From Octopus bimaculoides (Eukaryota), in assembly GCF_001194135.2 (NCBI RefSeq), contig NC_069005.1:29290447-29354446 (forward strand): a stretch of 64,000 nt of DNA, given 5' to 3'. The translations under genes and the position numbers were made by a program. The notes under the pieces are model-generated. The model was not told the DNA's origin and did not search any database. It saw only the letters and a list, made by a program, of their open reading frames with translations. Below, one piece after another: positions 23,901-40,325 of this stretch (positions are counted from its first letter, which is position 1; the number at the start of each line of letters is the position of its first letter).

Positions 23901-26322
23901 CGTAAAAATTTTATGTTAATAATGACCGAGTTATTTTAAATTCTTTGTTATTTTCAAAATTAATTGAAACAAAACCAGTGGAGAATTCCAACCACATTTC
24001 GTGGTCTGCTACCTCAACAGCTCCTTTATAGGATCCATTAGCTAAGAACATCATCAGGAGGAACCACGTCCGGTTCCGGCCCCTAATCCTATATTGTTTT
24101 CGACATGGTGGGACCCCACTCCTTTCGGATGTGTCTTCGGCTCTGGCGTTGAGTGCATTTTTGTCTTTCTTGGCCTTTTGTTCTTTGATGCAACGTCAAC
24201 AAATGTCAGCGGACGAGCGACCACCCTGCCAAATTTCCCTTTAAATATTCGCCAGTAGGCTCTTAGCAGCCAGCACCAGCTGTCACGTAGCTTTGGCCTG
24301 CACTCGCTCTACACCTAAGGGTCAACAGAAATAAGGTGACAAAATGGTCGAAGAGAAACAAACAAGAACATAACACATTTGAGTATCAATCATCATCGTT
24401 TAACATCCACTATCCATGCTGGCTGGCATGAGTTAGATGGTTTGACCAGGCTGGTACACAGAGGGGCTGCACCAGACTCAGTCTGATTTGGCATGGTTTC
24501 TACAGCTTGATGCCCTTCCTAACACCAACCACTCCAAGAGCAATAGGTGTTTTTACATGCCAGTTGACACCAGTATCTGCCACAACTACGATTTCCAAAT
24601 AGTGAAGACCGAGAATGAGAGGTTTAGTGCAATAACTTAATAAAAGACAACAATTTAAAATACAATTCAATATTTCTTTCTGGGATGAATGAAATTTCCG
24701 TCTAAGATTTGAAGTAAGAATTTGTGGTGGTTTCAGGAGCATTTAGTGTTGGAAGAATTACAAGAGAATACTGTAGAATGAAGGAATGAAAGATATGCTG
24801 AATTCAAAACGAGTGTGGTGCTTAATCTCAAACCAATTAGTTCTTCCTCATTTAGCTACATCTATATGTTGATCTTACAAGAATCTTGAGATGATTGTGT
24901 GAACTGGGAGACTAAAAAAACCCTACTCTCATCATTTGATGTCCACTTTCCATGCTGGCATGGGTTGGACTGTTTGACAGAAGCTAGCAAGGCAAAAGAT
25001 TGTACAAGGCTTCAGTGTGAAATAAATTTGTATCCCATTAGTATTAATTAGCTACTTTATAATGATTAGCCATAATTTAGGTTTTCTGAAGATTTATGTA
25101 TCACCCACCAATGAAGAAAGCATATTAAGAAATAAGTACAGACAATATCTCCTACACTGGATCTAAAATATGGAAATGACAACTCACCTGAGCTCCTAAT
25201 CAGTTTGAAGGTTAATAAGGTGTTAAAATAAGTTCTACCGAAAACTTCTGAATTCACATCTTATGGCATATGAATTAAACCTTACTCTAATGAATGACAT
25301 AATGATAACTATACTGTGCTGTATGCTTTTTTTCTTTTCCTTTTTACTTAAATCTCTCCTACAGGTCTGACATTTAGAAAAAAATACATTAAAAGCAAAT
25401 TCTTCAACCATTCCAAACTTGTTTTACCAGGCGCTGTCCTGTCTCTCTGCTCATAAAAATCAGGAGCAAAATTAGCAAATCCATTTCTAAAGAGGCCTAT
25501 ATGTTGAAAAAGAAACTTGGACTCCTTACGGGACACCTATTTTAGTTTATGAATCTTATCTTTACATATATGACAACCAGCCAACCCATCTTGACTGTAA
25601 TAAAGCCCATAAAAAAAACAAACTGATGGAAGTAGTTGTATGAAAGGATAGCATTAAATTAAACAAACAAAAAAGTATAAAAACAAATTTCCTTTCCAAA
25701 ATCACAAGACAGGAAAAAAAAATTAGCTGGAAAAAGAGAGAGAGAGAGAGAGAGAGGAAAGAATAGAAAATGGGTGGGGAAAATGGACGGAGGGCAGTTT
25801 TTGCATCAGAATGAAATAAAAAAAATTATTATTATCATTATTATTATTATTGTTATTTTTGAGCAAGAGATAAATGCCTACTCATAATAAGATAATGGAT
25901 AAGGAAGATCATGATGGTAGTAGTAGTAGCAGTAGTAGTAATAACAATGATGCTAAAAATAGTAGTTAACAATGAAATGAAAGAGAAAGGAAGAGAGAAG
26001 AAGAAGAAAAAAAAAACATATGTAGTAGTACTTAACGTTCACTGAAATAGACCCACCTTTAATCCTGGCCCGCATGTCTACCACTCTCAGCAGCTGGAAC
26101 ATTAAATACATAAAGACCTTAATGGGCTACTGCCAGAAACTATTATTATTATTTTTATTATTATTGTTGTTGTAGTTGTTGTTGTTATTAATAATAATAA
26201 ACCCAACCAACCAACCAATGTAAGAATGAGTTACACAACTTCACATTCAGTCACACTAATGAATATCTACGTATGCAATGTTTACAGAGTGTATGTGTGT
26301 GTGTGTACATGTATATCTATGC

Positions 26323-26358
<36 letters not shown>

Positions 26359-29300
26359 TTATACACAAACTCTATAATATATATACATATATATATCTAA
26401 TGTAGATAAATCTATGTGTATGTATGTATATATATATACATACATACATACACTGCAAACATCTTAATATATATATATTACATATATATTACGTAATATA
26501 TATATATATTTATTACATACACATACACACACCTATATATATTATATATATGAGTATATAAGAGTAAGCATACAAATATAAAATTAAGATGAAAATTATT
26601 CAAATCTGAAACATTAGCAAAAAATATCAAAATTAACCAACAAGATGTATGTGTATTTTTCTTTTTTTCTTTCTAGTTCTAGAAACATTTCTGAAGTTAA
26701 AACAATCAAAGTAGCAGGCCCATGGTTATCACAAGTTAACAAAATTATATAACACATTACAACCAAGAACATGACTGTCTCAATATCTGTGTGAATGTGT
26801 ATATACATACACACATATATATTAGTATAATGAAATGAGCATGCAAAATATTGTGAAGTAATAATATTATTATAATAATAATAATAATAATGATAAATTT
26901 TAAACACAGGAAAATACAAATACTTGGTGCGCCAATCTTTGATTGTGATAACTTATGGTGATGTATCCACCTTTTTAAGTCTAGCTCATCAGAAATAACT
27001 TTTTAATGCACATGCACTGAAAAACATGGTCTAAATCCATCCAGATATCATCTCACTGCTTTCATACTGTTAATTTAGTTCTAAGAGAAACAAATACTGC
27101 TTTGATCTCAAATTTTGTTTTTCTCCCCACAGCAGTAGTTGAGTCATAGTAAATATATAAAAACTTTATGTCTTCATGATTATAGCGTGTGTATGTGTGA
27201 TTGTAATATGTACAAGAAAACATTTAAAAATATATTTACATACATGCAGTAGAAAAGAAAATGTATATACACATGCATATATATATTGTCCGTCCCCCAA
27301 AGACTCTACCAACCCACCTGAGACCACCCGTACATAGTCCTATGATGCAAATTCCCCGTTTTAAAGTGATCACAATTAAAACCTTGTCAAAATTCCATGT
27401 TATATTGCAAACACGAGCTTAAATAATGACAAGAGTTATTTGGCTAAATTCTTCATTATTCCCAAAATTAATTGAAAAAAAAAAGAAAAAAAAAAAGAAA
27501 AAGAAAAAAGCAGTGTATTTAAAAAGAAAATATGATAACAAAAGGGTTAAAAGGCACTGATTCATGCACATATCATTACATACATACATATATATATACA
27601 CATACATATATAATGTAAAAATACACATACACATGAGGGATTATGATATTTGTGAGCATAAACCAAAGTATATATGCATATGCTGTAGTTATGACAATAT
27701 TTATAATACTTTTAATGAATGATGGAGGGGAAAAAATAAGTTTATGCTGACCTTGAAAAAAAAAAAAATCAAACAAAAAGTGATGGGGAAAAAAAAACTC
27801 ACTTGGAAAAAAAAATGCACAAGAAACACAATGGCAGTAATGAAATGAATTCACAAATTTTTTTTTTTTTTTCATTTTTGACAATATCAATATGGGTTGG
27901 ACATTCCATGATGTAACTCAAGAAAGAAAAAAAACCCAAATAAAATATACATGATATCGTAAACCTTTAGAAATTGCAATAGTCAAAAGAATATACATAT
28001 ATATATACACATATATATATATATGAATATACACATATACACACACATACATAAAAATAATATAATAAATGAAATCAAAACAAAAAGGAGACTAGGAATG
28101 GAGATGGGGAGGAGGAGAAAGAGGAAGAGGATTACAACAGAGAAAGAAAAAGAAAATTCACGCATGTACAAAAAGAGATACCCATTATATATAAAAGAGA
28201 CAAGATTGGTAAAATTCGAAACAATATATTCCAAGCGAAACCAATAGCAAAGATTGAGGAGACAAAAAAAAAAAAGGAAAAAGAGAAAAAAAAAAATGGA
28301 ATGAACTCACAAATACACTAGCCAAGCAAAAGTGAAACAAAAATATTTTTTTCTAAGGAGAGACAAGAGAAAAACAATAGATAAATAGAAAAAAAAAAAT
28401 CAAAAACAAAAAGCACCATTTTGAGGAAAAAAAAATTTTAATAAATAATAATAATAATAATAATAATAATACAATGAAAATTTTTTTTTCTCTCTCTCGA
28501 AACGTCGTTTTTGTCATGCAGAAACAGCAAGGGTAGAGTTTCTAAGAAGTTACGTACGTGTTTTGAGGAAAGACTCAAGGCCTGGTGTCCTGGGGAGCTG
28601 TTCAGGTTTTATGTGTGGCCATGAGAAATGGTCACTTGTAGGTAAGAAAGGGTGTGGCTGGTCAAAGGGGGCTACACACCAACAAAATAAAACAAGATTA
28701 GCAATGTCTAGTTGTGTTAAGTCCGTGAAAATGGGGTGGTAAATGGGTGGGGTGGTCTTGCATTTTAATTCAAATGCAGATTACAAAAAGTGATCTACCA
28801 TAACAGTTGGTATCAAAACAGTTTAGAGTGTTCTAATTAAATGTTCTTTCTTATACTTTAGTTTCCAAATGTATATATGTGGGTTTATCATTTATTAATG
28901 GTACCTGGTTAGTCACAATTTAGTAGGATACATCTTGAATAGCAAATAGGGCTAAATAGAACCGCAAACACGATTGTAACTGAACAGCTAACAGAAACCT
29001 GGCTGAGTAGACTTAACAACTAGCAGTAACTGGAACTGTGTTTGGATATAGTGAATTTGAAAATAAATTCCATTGCCCTCAAATAGTAACGAACCGGAAG
29101 ACTTGAAAAAGACAAACAGATTGATCACACACATACATACATACATACATACATACACAAGCATGCTGATCAAGAGGGAGAGATTGACTGGATACAGAAT
29201 TGTAAAAGATGAAGAGCAGGAGACGTATTGGGGCGAAATGAGAGACTAAAGAAATTATATTTCACAGAAACGGTAAGAAGCACACCCACCCTGCTAAAAA

Positions 29301-32300
29301 AACACAAAAACATTGAAGTTAATGTTAGTAATTTTGACATGGGTTTAATTAGTGTCTTAGCAAGTGTAGTTGGCTGGCAGCGTGCAAACATAGCATACAA
29401 ATTTGAACAGTAACACATTCAGTATATCAAAATGAAGTGTTCTCATTCATACACACATTCTGTGCAGACATAACTAACCACCATAGAGTGTTCCACTCTT
29501 GTAACATTAGAACAATTGGGCAAGTAAAGCAGTCTCACAAAATTAATCAAAAAGTTTAACCAACCAACAAAAGAATCTTGTGTTTTGCCAAAATCACATT
29601 CTCAGAAACAGACTTTGGATAAATTCTCGGAAACAACAGAACGTACGAAATTAGCCATGTTGTATTCTAACAAATAAAATACTGTTCTAATATATTGGCA
29701 TACATAATGTATGCCAATACATCCTGCTCCTACCAAGACAGATTAATCAGCTTAGATGAACCATGTTGAAGGAAACTAATTGAAATTTTCAAATTCAAAT
29801 GGTTCAGAAATGATTTTAATGCAGAATAGAGAGAGAGAAAGAGATAGATAGATAGATAGATAGATAGGGAGTAATATAGTGGGATCACAAAATAATGGGA
29901 ATGTTTATTCCCTAAGGTTTCACAAGTGAGTTTGATTCAGAATTGCACAAGACCAGCGAGAATTGTGACAAACTTCATGTCACAATAACCAAGTAGCTTA
30001 ATTAGTTACATATAACAGCACAACACATGACAGGCAAAAATTGTGACTCAAACTTCACTTGTCACAATAACCAAATAGTTGTGCTGTTACATGTAACTAA
30101 CTAAACTATTACAGCGTCTGACTTCAACAAAACATCAATCTATCAGAGACACTACTAAAATCAATGTATAGCAACAACAACAACAAAAAGGATGGGGAGC
30201 AGTTTTCTGAGACTCAGGGTTAATAAGAGTGGTCTGCAAAACCACTTGTAATTAAACCTTGGTCAAAAGGTACATAGATATCCTGCACCAACTATTCTTA
30301 GTTACTCTTATTACAATCATCACCAAACTATTAAGACAGACTAAGCAACAAGCTGGATGAAAGCTGTCCTGGCAGCTATACAAATACTCCACACAATATG
30401 CCAAGAGAAACGGGATATAATTTGTGAGCTCATTGAGAAGATCATAGCAGGGTCACCTTCACATCTACCAATCAATTACTGTGTAGACATGATTGAGCAC
30501 TAAATTATAAACACAAACAAAATTTTACAAAATTCAACTGGACGGAGCAAATATTACTGATAACAATTCTTATCTTCTCAAGCAATTAACCAGGAAGTTA
30601 CTTTGTTTTACTATGTTTTTATCTGTCAAAATTTATATCATAGATATAAAGAGGTAACATTAACTGAACTGAGGTAAATTATTACACTACTTATTAATTT
30701 CTGCATTTGTATGTTAGTGTTGTGAATTTGGAAGTTGTGGCAAAATTAACCCTTTCGCATTTTCCCAGCCATATCTAGACTAAATATCCTGTTTTATATT
30801 TAAACTGGCTAGATTCAGCTTCTCACACTGACCCTAAAATGTCATTCTCAAAAAATACACAATCACATCATCGAAATCTCAAAGCTACAAGGCACCTGAT
30901 TAATTCAAAACAATGTGAATGCTAAAGGATTGAACAATTACTATTCAAATAAACTATTTCACAAAAATTACTTTAAAAAAAAAAAAAAGTTTATATTTCC
31001 GTAAGACAATGTGAGACTTTCATTCTCGGATAAATAAATAAAATAGGTATTGCCCTCTAACAACACTCAAAGCTAAGTCACTCACACACCAAAACAAACT
31101 TCTATGCAGACAACAGCATGTATTGGACATATCTGTTAAGTGCATATATGCACATTCCACAGTATGCTGTGCAAAAATAGTAAACCTTGCATATTCCAGA
31201 CTTTCTTTTTTTAGAACTACTTTATTTGTAATGGGTTTGAAAAATTCTCAAAAAGAACCATTTTCCTTTTGTTTCATAAATTCAAAACTACTTGCCTAAC
31301 AAGGAAAAAAATGCAAGACGAATAGATATTTCCACAATTGTGTACTTTGGTAACATAATTATATTAAGGAAGAGAGAAGTTGTTAAACCTGCAGTACACA
31401 AGCCTATATATATATTATATATTAACTGTTAAATTAAGATAATTTTCTTAACATGAAACCATTGGTAACCCTAATACACCATTGCGGTGTTGAGCACTTG
31501 TTCTCATTGTTTGACATTTACATATATATATATATGCATGTATATATATATATATAAAGCAAGTATTATATGTTATTTCTAAAAAAAATTTAATGAATAT
31601 ATTCAAATTATTTAAACTTGCGTCTTGCATTGTTAGCTGAACAACAAAAATAGAAAAATTACATTTCATGTGACTTTAGACAAAAAATTTTAAAGGAATT
31701 AAAATCAAGAGACCATACAGATCTTAAAGTTTCTCGTTGTTCATTATCATCTGTAGCTACTCTGGTTGTTCACATTAAAAGGAATAAAATATTTGACTGA
31801 AAAGTCCACAAGAAGATGAGAAAATTAAAAAAGATTACAGTGAATAAACAAGAGAAAAACTGTAAAAGACATGAAGCAAAATGAAACAAAAATACCAACA
31901 GAAACTAACAACAGCAGAACAAAAAGAATAAATTTGTTTTCGTCACACACAAAACCAATTTTCTTAAGAAAGGAGGTTATGGTGAAATAATTCAACCTCA
32001 GTATATTACAGGCACTTTATACATTACTGGCCCTCGATGAGCGCAAGGGAATGTTTTGACTTTGGTGAAGTCTGAATTTGAAACCAAGCAGGACAAAACT
32101 AAACACTGTTAAAAGTATTTAGCCGGACATTTAACCATCTTTACCATTTCCATTTTATTTTTCGTTGCTTCATTTTTTTTTCTTCTCTTTTTTNNNNNNN
32201 NNNNNNNNNNNNNNNNNNNNNNNNNNNNNNNNNNNNNNNNNNNNNNNNNNNNNNNNNNNNNNNNNNNNNNNNNNNNNNNNNNNNNNNNNNNNNNNNNNNN

Positions 32301-34255
32301 NNNNNNNNNNNNNNNNNNNNNNNNNNNNNNNNNNNNNNNNNNNNNNNNNNNNNNNNNNNNNNNNNNNNNNNNNNNNNNNNNNNNNNNNNNNNNNNNNNNN
32401 NNNNNNNNNNNNNNNNNNNNNNNNNNNNNNNNNNNNNNNNNNNNNNNNNNNNNNNNNNNNNNNNNNNNNNNNNNNNNNNNNNNNNNNNNNNNNNNNNNNN
32501 NNNNNNNNNNNNNNNNNNNNNNNNNNNNNNNNNNNNNNNNNNNNNNNNNNNNNNNNNNNNNNNNNNNNNNNNNNNNNNNNNNNNNNNNNNNNNNNNNNNN
32601 NNNNNNNNNNNNNNNNNNNNNNNNNNNNNNNNNNNNNNNNNNNNNNNNNNNNNNNNNNNNNNNNNNNNNNNNNNNNNNNNNNNNNNNNNNNNNNNNNNNN
32701 NNNNNNNNNNNNNNNNNNNNNNNNNNNNNNNNNNNNNNNNNNNNNNNNNNNNNNNNNNNNNNNNNNNNNNNNNNNNNNNNNNNNNNNNNNNNNNNNNNNN
32801 NNNNNNNNNNNNNNNNNNNNNNNNNNNNNNNNNNNNNNNNNNNNNNNNNNNNNNNNNNNNNNNNNNNNNNNNNNNNNNNNNNNNNNNNNNNNNNNNNNNN
32901 NNNNNNNNNNNNNNNNNNNNNNNNNNNNNNNGGGCAGCTCCTTTGGTCCATTTTACTGAAACAGATTTAAACAGTTCTAAAAATATAGTTTACGGTGTCA
33001 GGCACCATTAAAAACATAGGCCAGTGTCTTTTTTTAGATGATTTAAGGTTTATTTTAAAAGTTGGTAAATATTTTTTTTTAATTTTATTTATCAAACAAA
33101 TGTCCCAACTGATCAAGACAGTGGAGTGTTAAAATAAATGAAACACTATTTGAAAGTTGGATGATGATGGTGGTGGTGGTGGTGGTAGTAGTGGTGATAG
33201 TAGTAAAAGTAGTAGTAGTAGTGGTGGTGGTGGTGATGTTACTATAGCAGTATTTAGAAGAGAGAAAACTACTGATGTCTTTTGGTTGGTTTACACAACA
33301 AATTCATGTTCCAACCACACAGAGGAGTGGAAAAGGCTTTCTTCAAATCATACAAGATTTAATTTAAATTAGAATAATTAACTTAATAATATCACATACT
33401 AGAAAATCCTGTAAAGAAAACTAAAAAAAAAATTATGTAATAAAAAAAAAAGCAGAAAGCAAAAGATGATTTGAAATCTAAGTGGAAAGACAGAGTTTAC
33501 AGGTTTGGGTCACTTTAAACAGTGGGTTATTTAAATTTTGTCATTATATAATGACAATAGCCAATTAGATTCTTTTTTTTTAGCTGTCAAATATTCTTTG
33601 TGGATCTAATGCAAAATTTCTACTTTGAACATAGCATTTATTTGACTAAGAATCTCTGGAAACTATTCCACCGTAGAAATAGTATCACATGCTAGTCCTG
33701 AAATTACAAATAACAAAAATATGAAAAGATGCTTTTGGATGTAAGCAAAACTGTCAGTTTCCAACAGTTCCTCTCGACTGCTGTGTAAGATCAGCATCAT
33801 TTTAGTCAGGGGAAAGGGGCAAAATTCCAAATATGGTAAGCTAAAGACTCTTCATACTATATATAGATATATATGTAACAAAGTCTTTACCAACATGCAA
33901 ATTTTCATTCAGGAAAACTGTATTTTCCCAGTTCAAAGTCTCAATATATAAAAACAAAAATTTCCATTATGAATGGCTTAGAAAATTTAATTGTTGAGAT
34001 GTTTCTAATTAAAATAATCATGTAATTATAAATTGTATGTATGAACCCACAGTTGAAAATTTACAAGTTTGTGCTGGATGATTAATGCTGAGCTTGATAC
34101 AATGAGAATGGTAGTAAAAAGCAAAATGTGACCTTTCTGTTATTCCCCCCTCTTTAGTATCTACGCTCCAGGAGAGGAGGGCATTATAAAGAATAGCGAG
34201 GGGAAACAAAAGGGAAAGGTACACTGGGTTTGTGCTTGGAACGTCACACAAGTTG

Positions 34256-34663
<408 letters not shown>

Positions 34664-35119
34664 TTACTAGAATTTAAGAAAAATTATTTGTAAAATATCA
34701 GTAAAAATTTTGTGCCAAAAAAGCTTAAGTTTTGTTTCACAACTGAGAAAAAATTTTTTAAAATTTTCTGCAAGGCATGGTTGTCTGGTTAAAAAGCTTA
34801 TTTTGTAACCACAGTGGTTTTGGGTTGGGTCCTACTAGGCTGGCACCTTGGGTGTCTTCTACAGCCACAAGCCAACCAACACCTTGTGAGGGTATTTTGT
34901 AGACAGAAACTGTGTGGCAATCCGTCATATGGATGTTGTTTATCCTCCACCGGCTTGAATTTTTTTTAAATTCAAATGAACCAACCCCAGTACTTATTTT
35001 TTGTTAACTCTGGTGCTTATTCTATTTGTGTGTTTTTGCTGAACTGCTAAGTTATAGTGACTTGACCACACCAACACCAGTTGTCAAGCAGTAGCAGGGG
35101 ACAAAAAGACACACAGAAC

Positions 35120-35275
35120 TGGCTCCTTTCAGTTCTTATCAACCAAATCCACTAACAAGGCTTTGGTTGGTCTGAAGTTATAGTAGAAGACACTTGCACA
35201 AGGTGCCACGCAGTGGGACTGAACCCAGAACCATGTGGTTGCGGAGCAAGCTTCTACCCACACAGCCACGCTTGT
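35120..35275 (-). mobile_element. tRNA-derived SINE family B
   Basis: Consensus aaccacatggttc.gggttcagtcccactgcgtggcaccttg.gcaagtgtcttctactata; other copies (approx.): 4640-4702(-), 9655-9722(-), 12865-13010(+), 17060-17180(+), 34773-34930(+), 42450-42610(+), 51595-51730(+). Confidence 0.8.
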
Positions 35276-35483
35276 GCCTATGCACTCAAAACTGCATTAC
35301 CCTTAACTAAGGTAAACAGTTTTATATATGTATCAATCTATCTTTTGTTAAGGAATGTCATGTTTGAAACTATATTTTTTTTATTTTCTAATCCTTTTTT
35401 TTTTTTTGATAGATATTCAACATTTTTATTGGAATGACCATGAAATTTAATTCTCCAGTTGAAAGGTTACAAAAATGGGATTA

Positions 35484-35675
<192 letters not shown>

Positions 35676-35761
35676 TCAAAATATAGTATATATATATATA
35701 TACATATATACACACACACACACACACAGTTATATCACACCCCCATATGTATAAATACATT

Positions 35762-36082
35762 TTTGAGACCCCCTTCGGTCATGAATGACCATGGGATTGC
35801 ACCTAGAAAGTTACCCTCCCAGGCACAAGTCTGGGCAAGGTTGTTTATGGAAGACAAGCAGTCGCCCATGCATACCAGCCTCCCCTCTCCATGCCACTGA
35901 TGTTGTCCAAGGGAAAGGCAAAGGGGCTGATACAGCTTGGCACCAGTGACATCGCAACTCATTTCTACAGCTGAGTGAACTGGAGCAAGTGTCTTGCTCA
36001 AGAACACAACATGCAGCTCGGTCCAGGAATCGAATTCACAACTCTACGATCGTATGCTCAATGCTCTAACCACTGAGCCATC
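35762..36082 (-). mobile_element. tRNA-head SINE family F, apparently full length
   Basis: Minus strand tggctcagtggttagagc...gaattcgattcctgg (A/B boxes) followed by gttgtgttcttgagcaagacactt; a related tRNA-head repeat at about 43835-43990(+). Confidence 0.7.
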
Positions 36083-36366
36083 ACAATGTCCACAAGGCTG
36101 TGGCTTTCGTGGATACGAAACTTTTGGTAACTATGACCAGAATTTAACTTTTTGTTTTAACATATATACACACAAATACATGTAGTTCTATATACACATA
36201 CACGTGTATAGACAGACAGATCTATAAATAGCAAGATTGTGTGTTGTGTATGTACATCAAAAAGAAGAGAGAGAGAGAGAGAAAGGTAGAAAGGTGGTGA
36301 GAGAAAAGGAGAAACAGAAAAAGAACAGAAGAAATAGAGAGAAAGATAAAAGAGTAAGATACAAAC

Positions 36367-36467
36367 CTGGCATTAAGTGCCATAGCAGGATGGTTAGGAT
36401 CTTGCGTTAAGTTAAGGTAAGCTGCTCTTCTTAGCTGTTCCTCAATCACTAAAGCTTGCTCCAGCAG
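36367..36467 (-). CDS. CHD4: CHD exon, CHDCT2 ([33 protein letters not shown])
   Basis: atacag/gtttgt, 101 nt phase 0-2. Confidence 0.97.
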
Positions 36468-37299
36468 CTGTATATAACAAAAGAATGTGTTAGATGCACT
36501 CTGCAACTGGGTTCCTTTGCTAACAATAAAACAATAAACATTTTTAAAAAGTGCGGCCAATCCAATGCTCAGGATCAGTACTTTCTATCAAGCCCCAAAA
36601 GGACGAAAGGTAAAGCTAACCCTCAGCAGGATTCGAACTCAGAGTGCAAAGAAGCAGAAGAAATATTGAGGTATTTTGGCCTGATGCTCTAACAGCCCAG
36701 CTGATTTTTTAGGAGTGTAACTCCAGATGTGGTAGGAGCCTGGAAGAAATACTGGTTAGATTCCACTGTTCTTTTCGTCACAGCCAACAATAAAATGGCC
36801 AAGATTTATAAAGACAACTTCCATGCCATCCTTTACACTTTATTCATCCGAAATAAAAATTTACATAAAGCAGCACCCAGTATTTGAAGATATTTGTACA
36901 GTTTATCACAAAAACCCTTTATATTTTTAGCCTTTTAGCATTCAAATTATTCTATCAAATGCAATGCATTTTCATTCACATTGTTTTAAATTAATATGGC
37001 ATTATTTTGTAGCTTTGAAATTTTGATGATGTGATTCTATATTTTTGGAATGGCATTGATGGGTAGGAGTGATAGGCTGGATCTGACTGGTTAGAACATA
37101 AAACCGGTAACATGTTAAGGCCAGATATAGCCAGTTTATAGGCTAAAGAGTTAAGTAACTCCCCACTCCTCATTTTTATGAAGTATGGAGGTATCAGTTA
37201 TACACGTTAAAATACTTAGTACAGCTCTTTCTCTCCACACACAAACACTCATGATAAAATATTCAAAGGTATTCTAAATAAATGTTTAGTGCAATATTA

Positions 37300-39010
<1,711 letters not shown>

Positions 39011-39719
39011 TCAACAGACTACAAAAACAGCAGCGTTTCTGGCTGTTCTGTTATTTAATTAATATACTAAGTAAAAATTTCAGGTATTTGACCACGAAGT
39101 CCATGGAACAAAATTTCCTGCATTCATTTGTAAAGTTAAGGAAGTTATCAAAAATTGAATCCCGTCAGTGACTTTTGGGACACCCTGTACAATCCTCAAT
39201 ATGCTATGTCTGGAACAATAATGATAGAATGATCACAGCTTGAATGCCCTTTATCGTAGGTCTTGCTTGTTCAAAAGTGACTTTGGGTTAAACAACAACA
39301 TAAGCCGAATCTTGATGAATGACAAGAAGCATCAACAGAGACATTTTCAAAACCAAAAATGAAACTGAACAAGACAGCAAGAGACCGAATTGCCAGAGAC
39401 ATCTAACAAAGCAACCAGACACTGGCAGGCATGAGGGATGATTGTGATGAAGATGAAGTAAATGAAAAATAATGAAGTCTAAGCAATTAGCAAGAGAATG
39501 GTTGGGTGAAGACAATATGGAGAGTAATAATCTTCAGACAAAAAGATGGATTGTTGAATTATACCTGAACATGTATACATCGGGTTTTTACAGACCTACA
39601 CATGCAGTTGTATGCATAAATTCAAGCATATACATCAAGAAAGAAAGAAAAGCATCTCTTTTAATCTATGTATATTACTGGTGCTAACAGTATATAAAAC
39701 GTTTCTCACACTTGTCCCT

Positions 39720-40020
39720 ATCCTAAATCAATCCAACCAAACATTCACTTCCGAAACCAGTTCCTCAACACAGCACTTAATTCCTGTTACATACAGAAGA
39801 CTGGATACGAATATCTTCCCTGGACAGGTACCTTTCATAAACAGACTTAGTGCCCATCACCTAAACAAGGTAACTATTCTTTCTGGAGTACAACACAAAT
39901 ACCTGTTGTGTTCCAAAATTCAAATTAGCTTAGATCTTTCCCCGACACTCTCTACCACTTTTAATGGATATTTCCGTACCCACCCCGTCCCCTTTACATC
40001 TGGAATATACCATCTCTTTG
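39720..40020 (-). mobile_element. Degenerate L1/Tx1-like endonuclease-region remnant
   Basis: RWYIPDV..TGW...RSKLI*IL...CCTP...PGKIFVSSLL resembles the EN C-terminal W.W...RSYLDR...PGYWKLNxSLL pattern. Confidence 0.4.
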
Positions 40021-40181
40021 GATTGCAGACTCAATAGTTTTCAATTCACATTTCTGTATTTCTCTAACCTGAATCAAGTCTAAACAATGAACTCTTATTT
40101 AGCTTGTTGGCAGCACTCTGCTACCCTTGTGCTCCAAATCTCAATACTCCTCAGTACCTCCTAAAACAGAGAATAATGTAC

Positions 40182-40325
40182 CTTGCTTCTTTTCTTCTTT
40201 TTCTTCTGTAGCTTTCTCTCCTTCTTTCTTATCCTTAACCTTATCTTCTTTTTTCACTTTATCAAGAGTTTCCACTTTGTCTTCAGACTTTGATTCTTTT
40301 GTGTCAGTTCCCGTTTTTTCTTTGT
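40182..40325 (-). CDS. CHD4: CHD charged-linker exon (DKEKTGTDTKESKSEDK...EEKKQ)
   Basis: ttttcaaag/gtacat, 144 nt phase 1-1; alternative donor gtactg after 40158. Confidence 0.82.

Noticed and set aside
40158-40160. 3-nt microexon GAG flanked by ttttag and gtactg
   Set aside because: The upstream intron would be only 21 nt; better explained as an alternative donor
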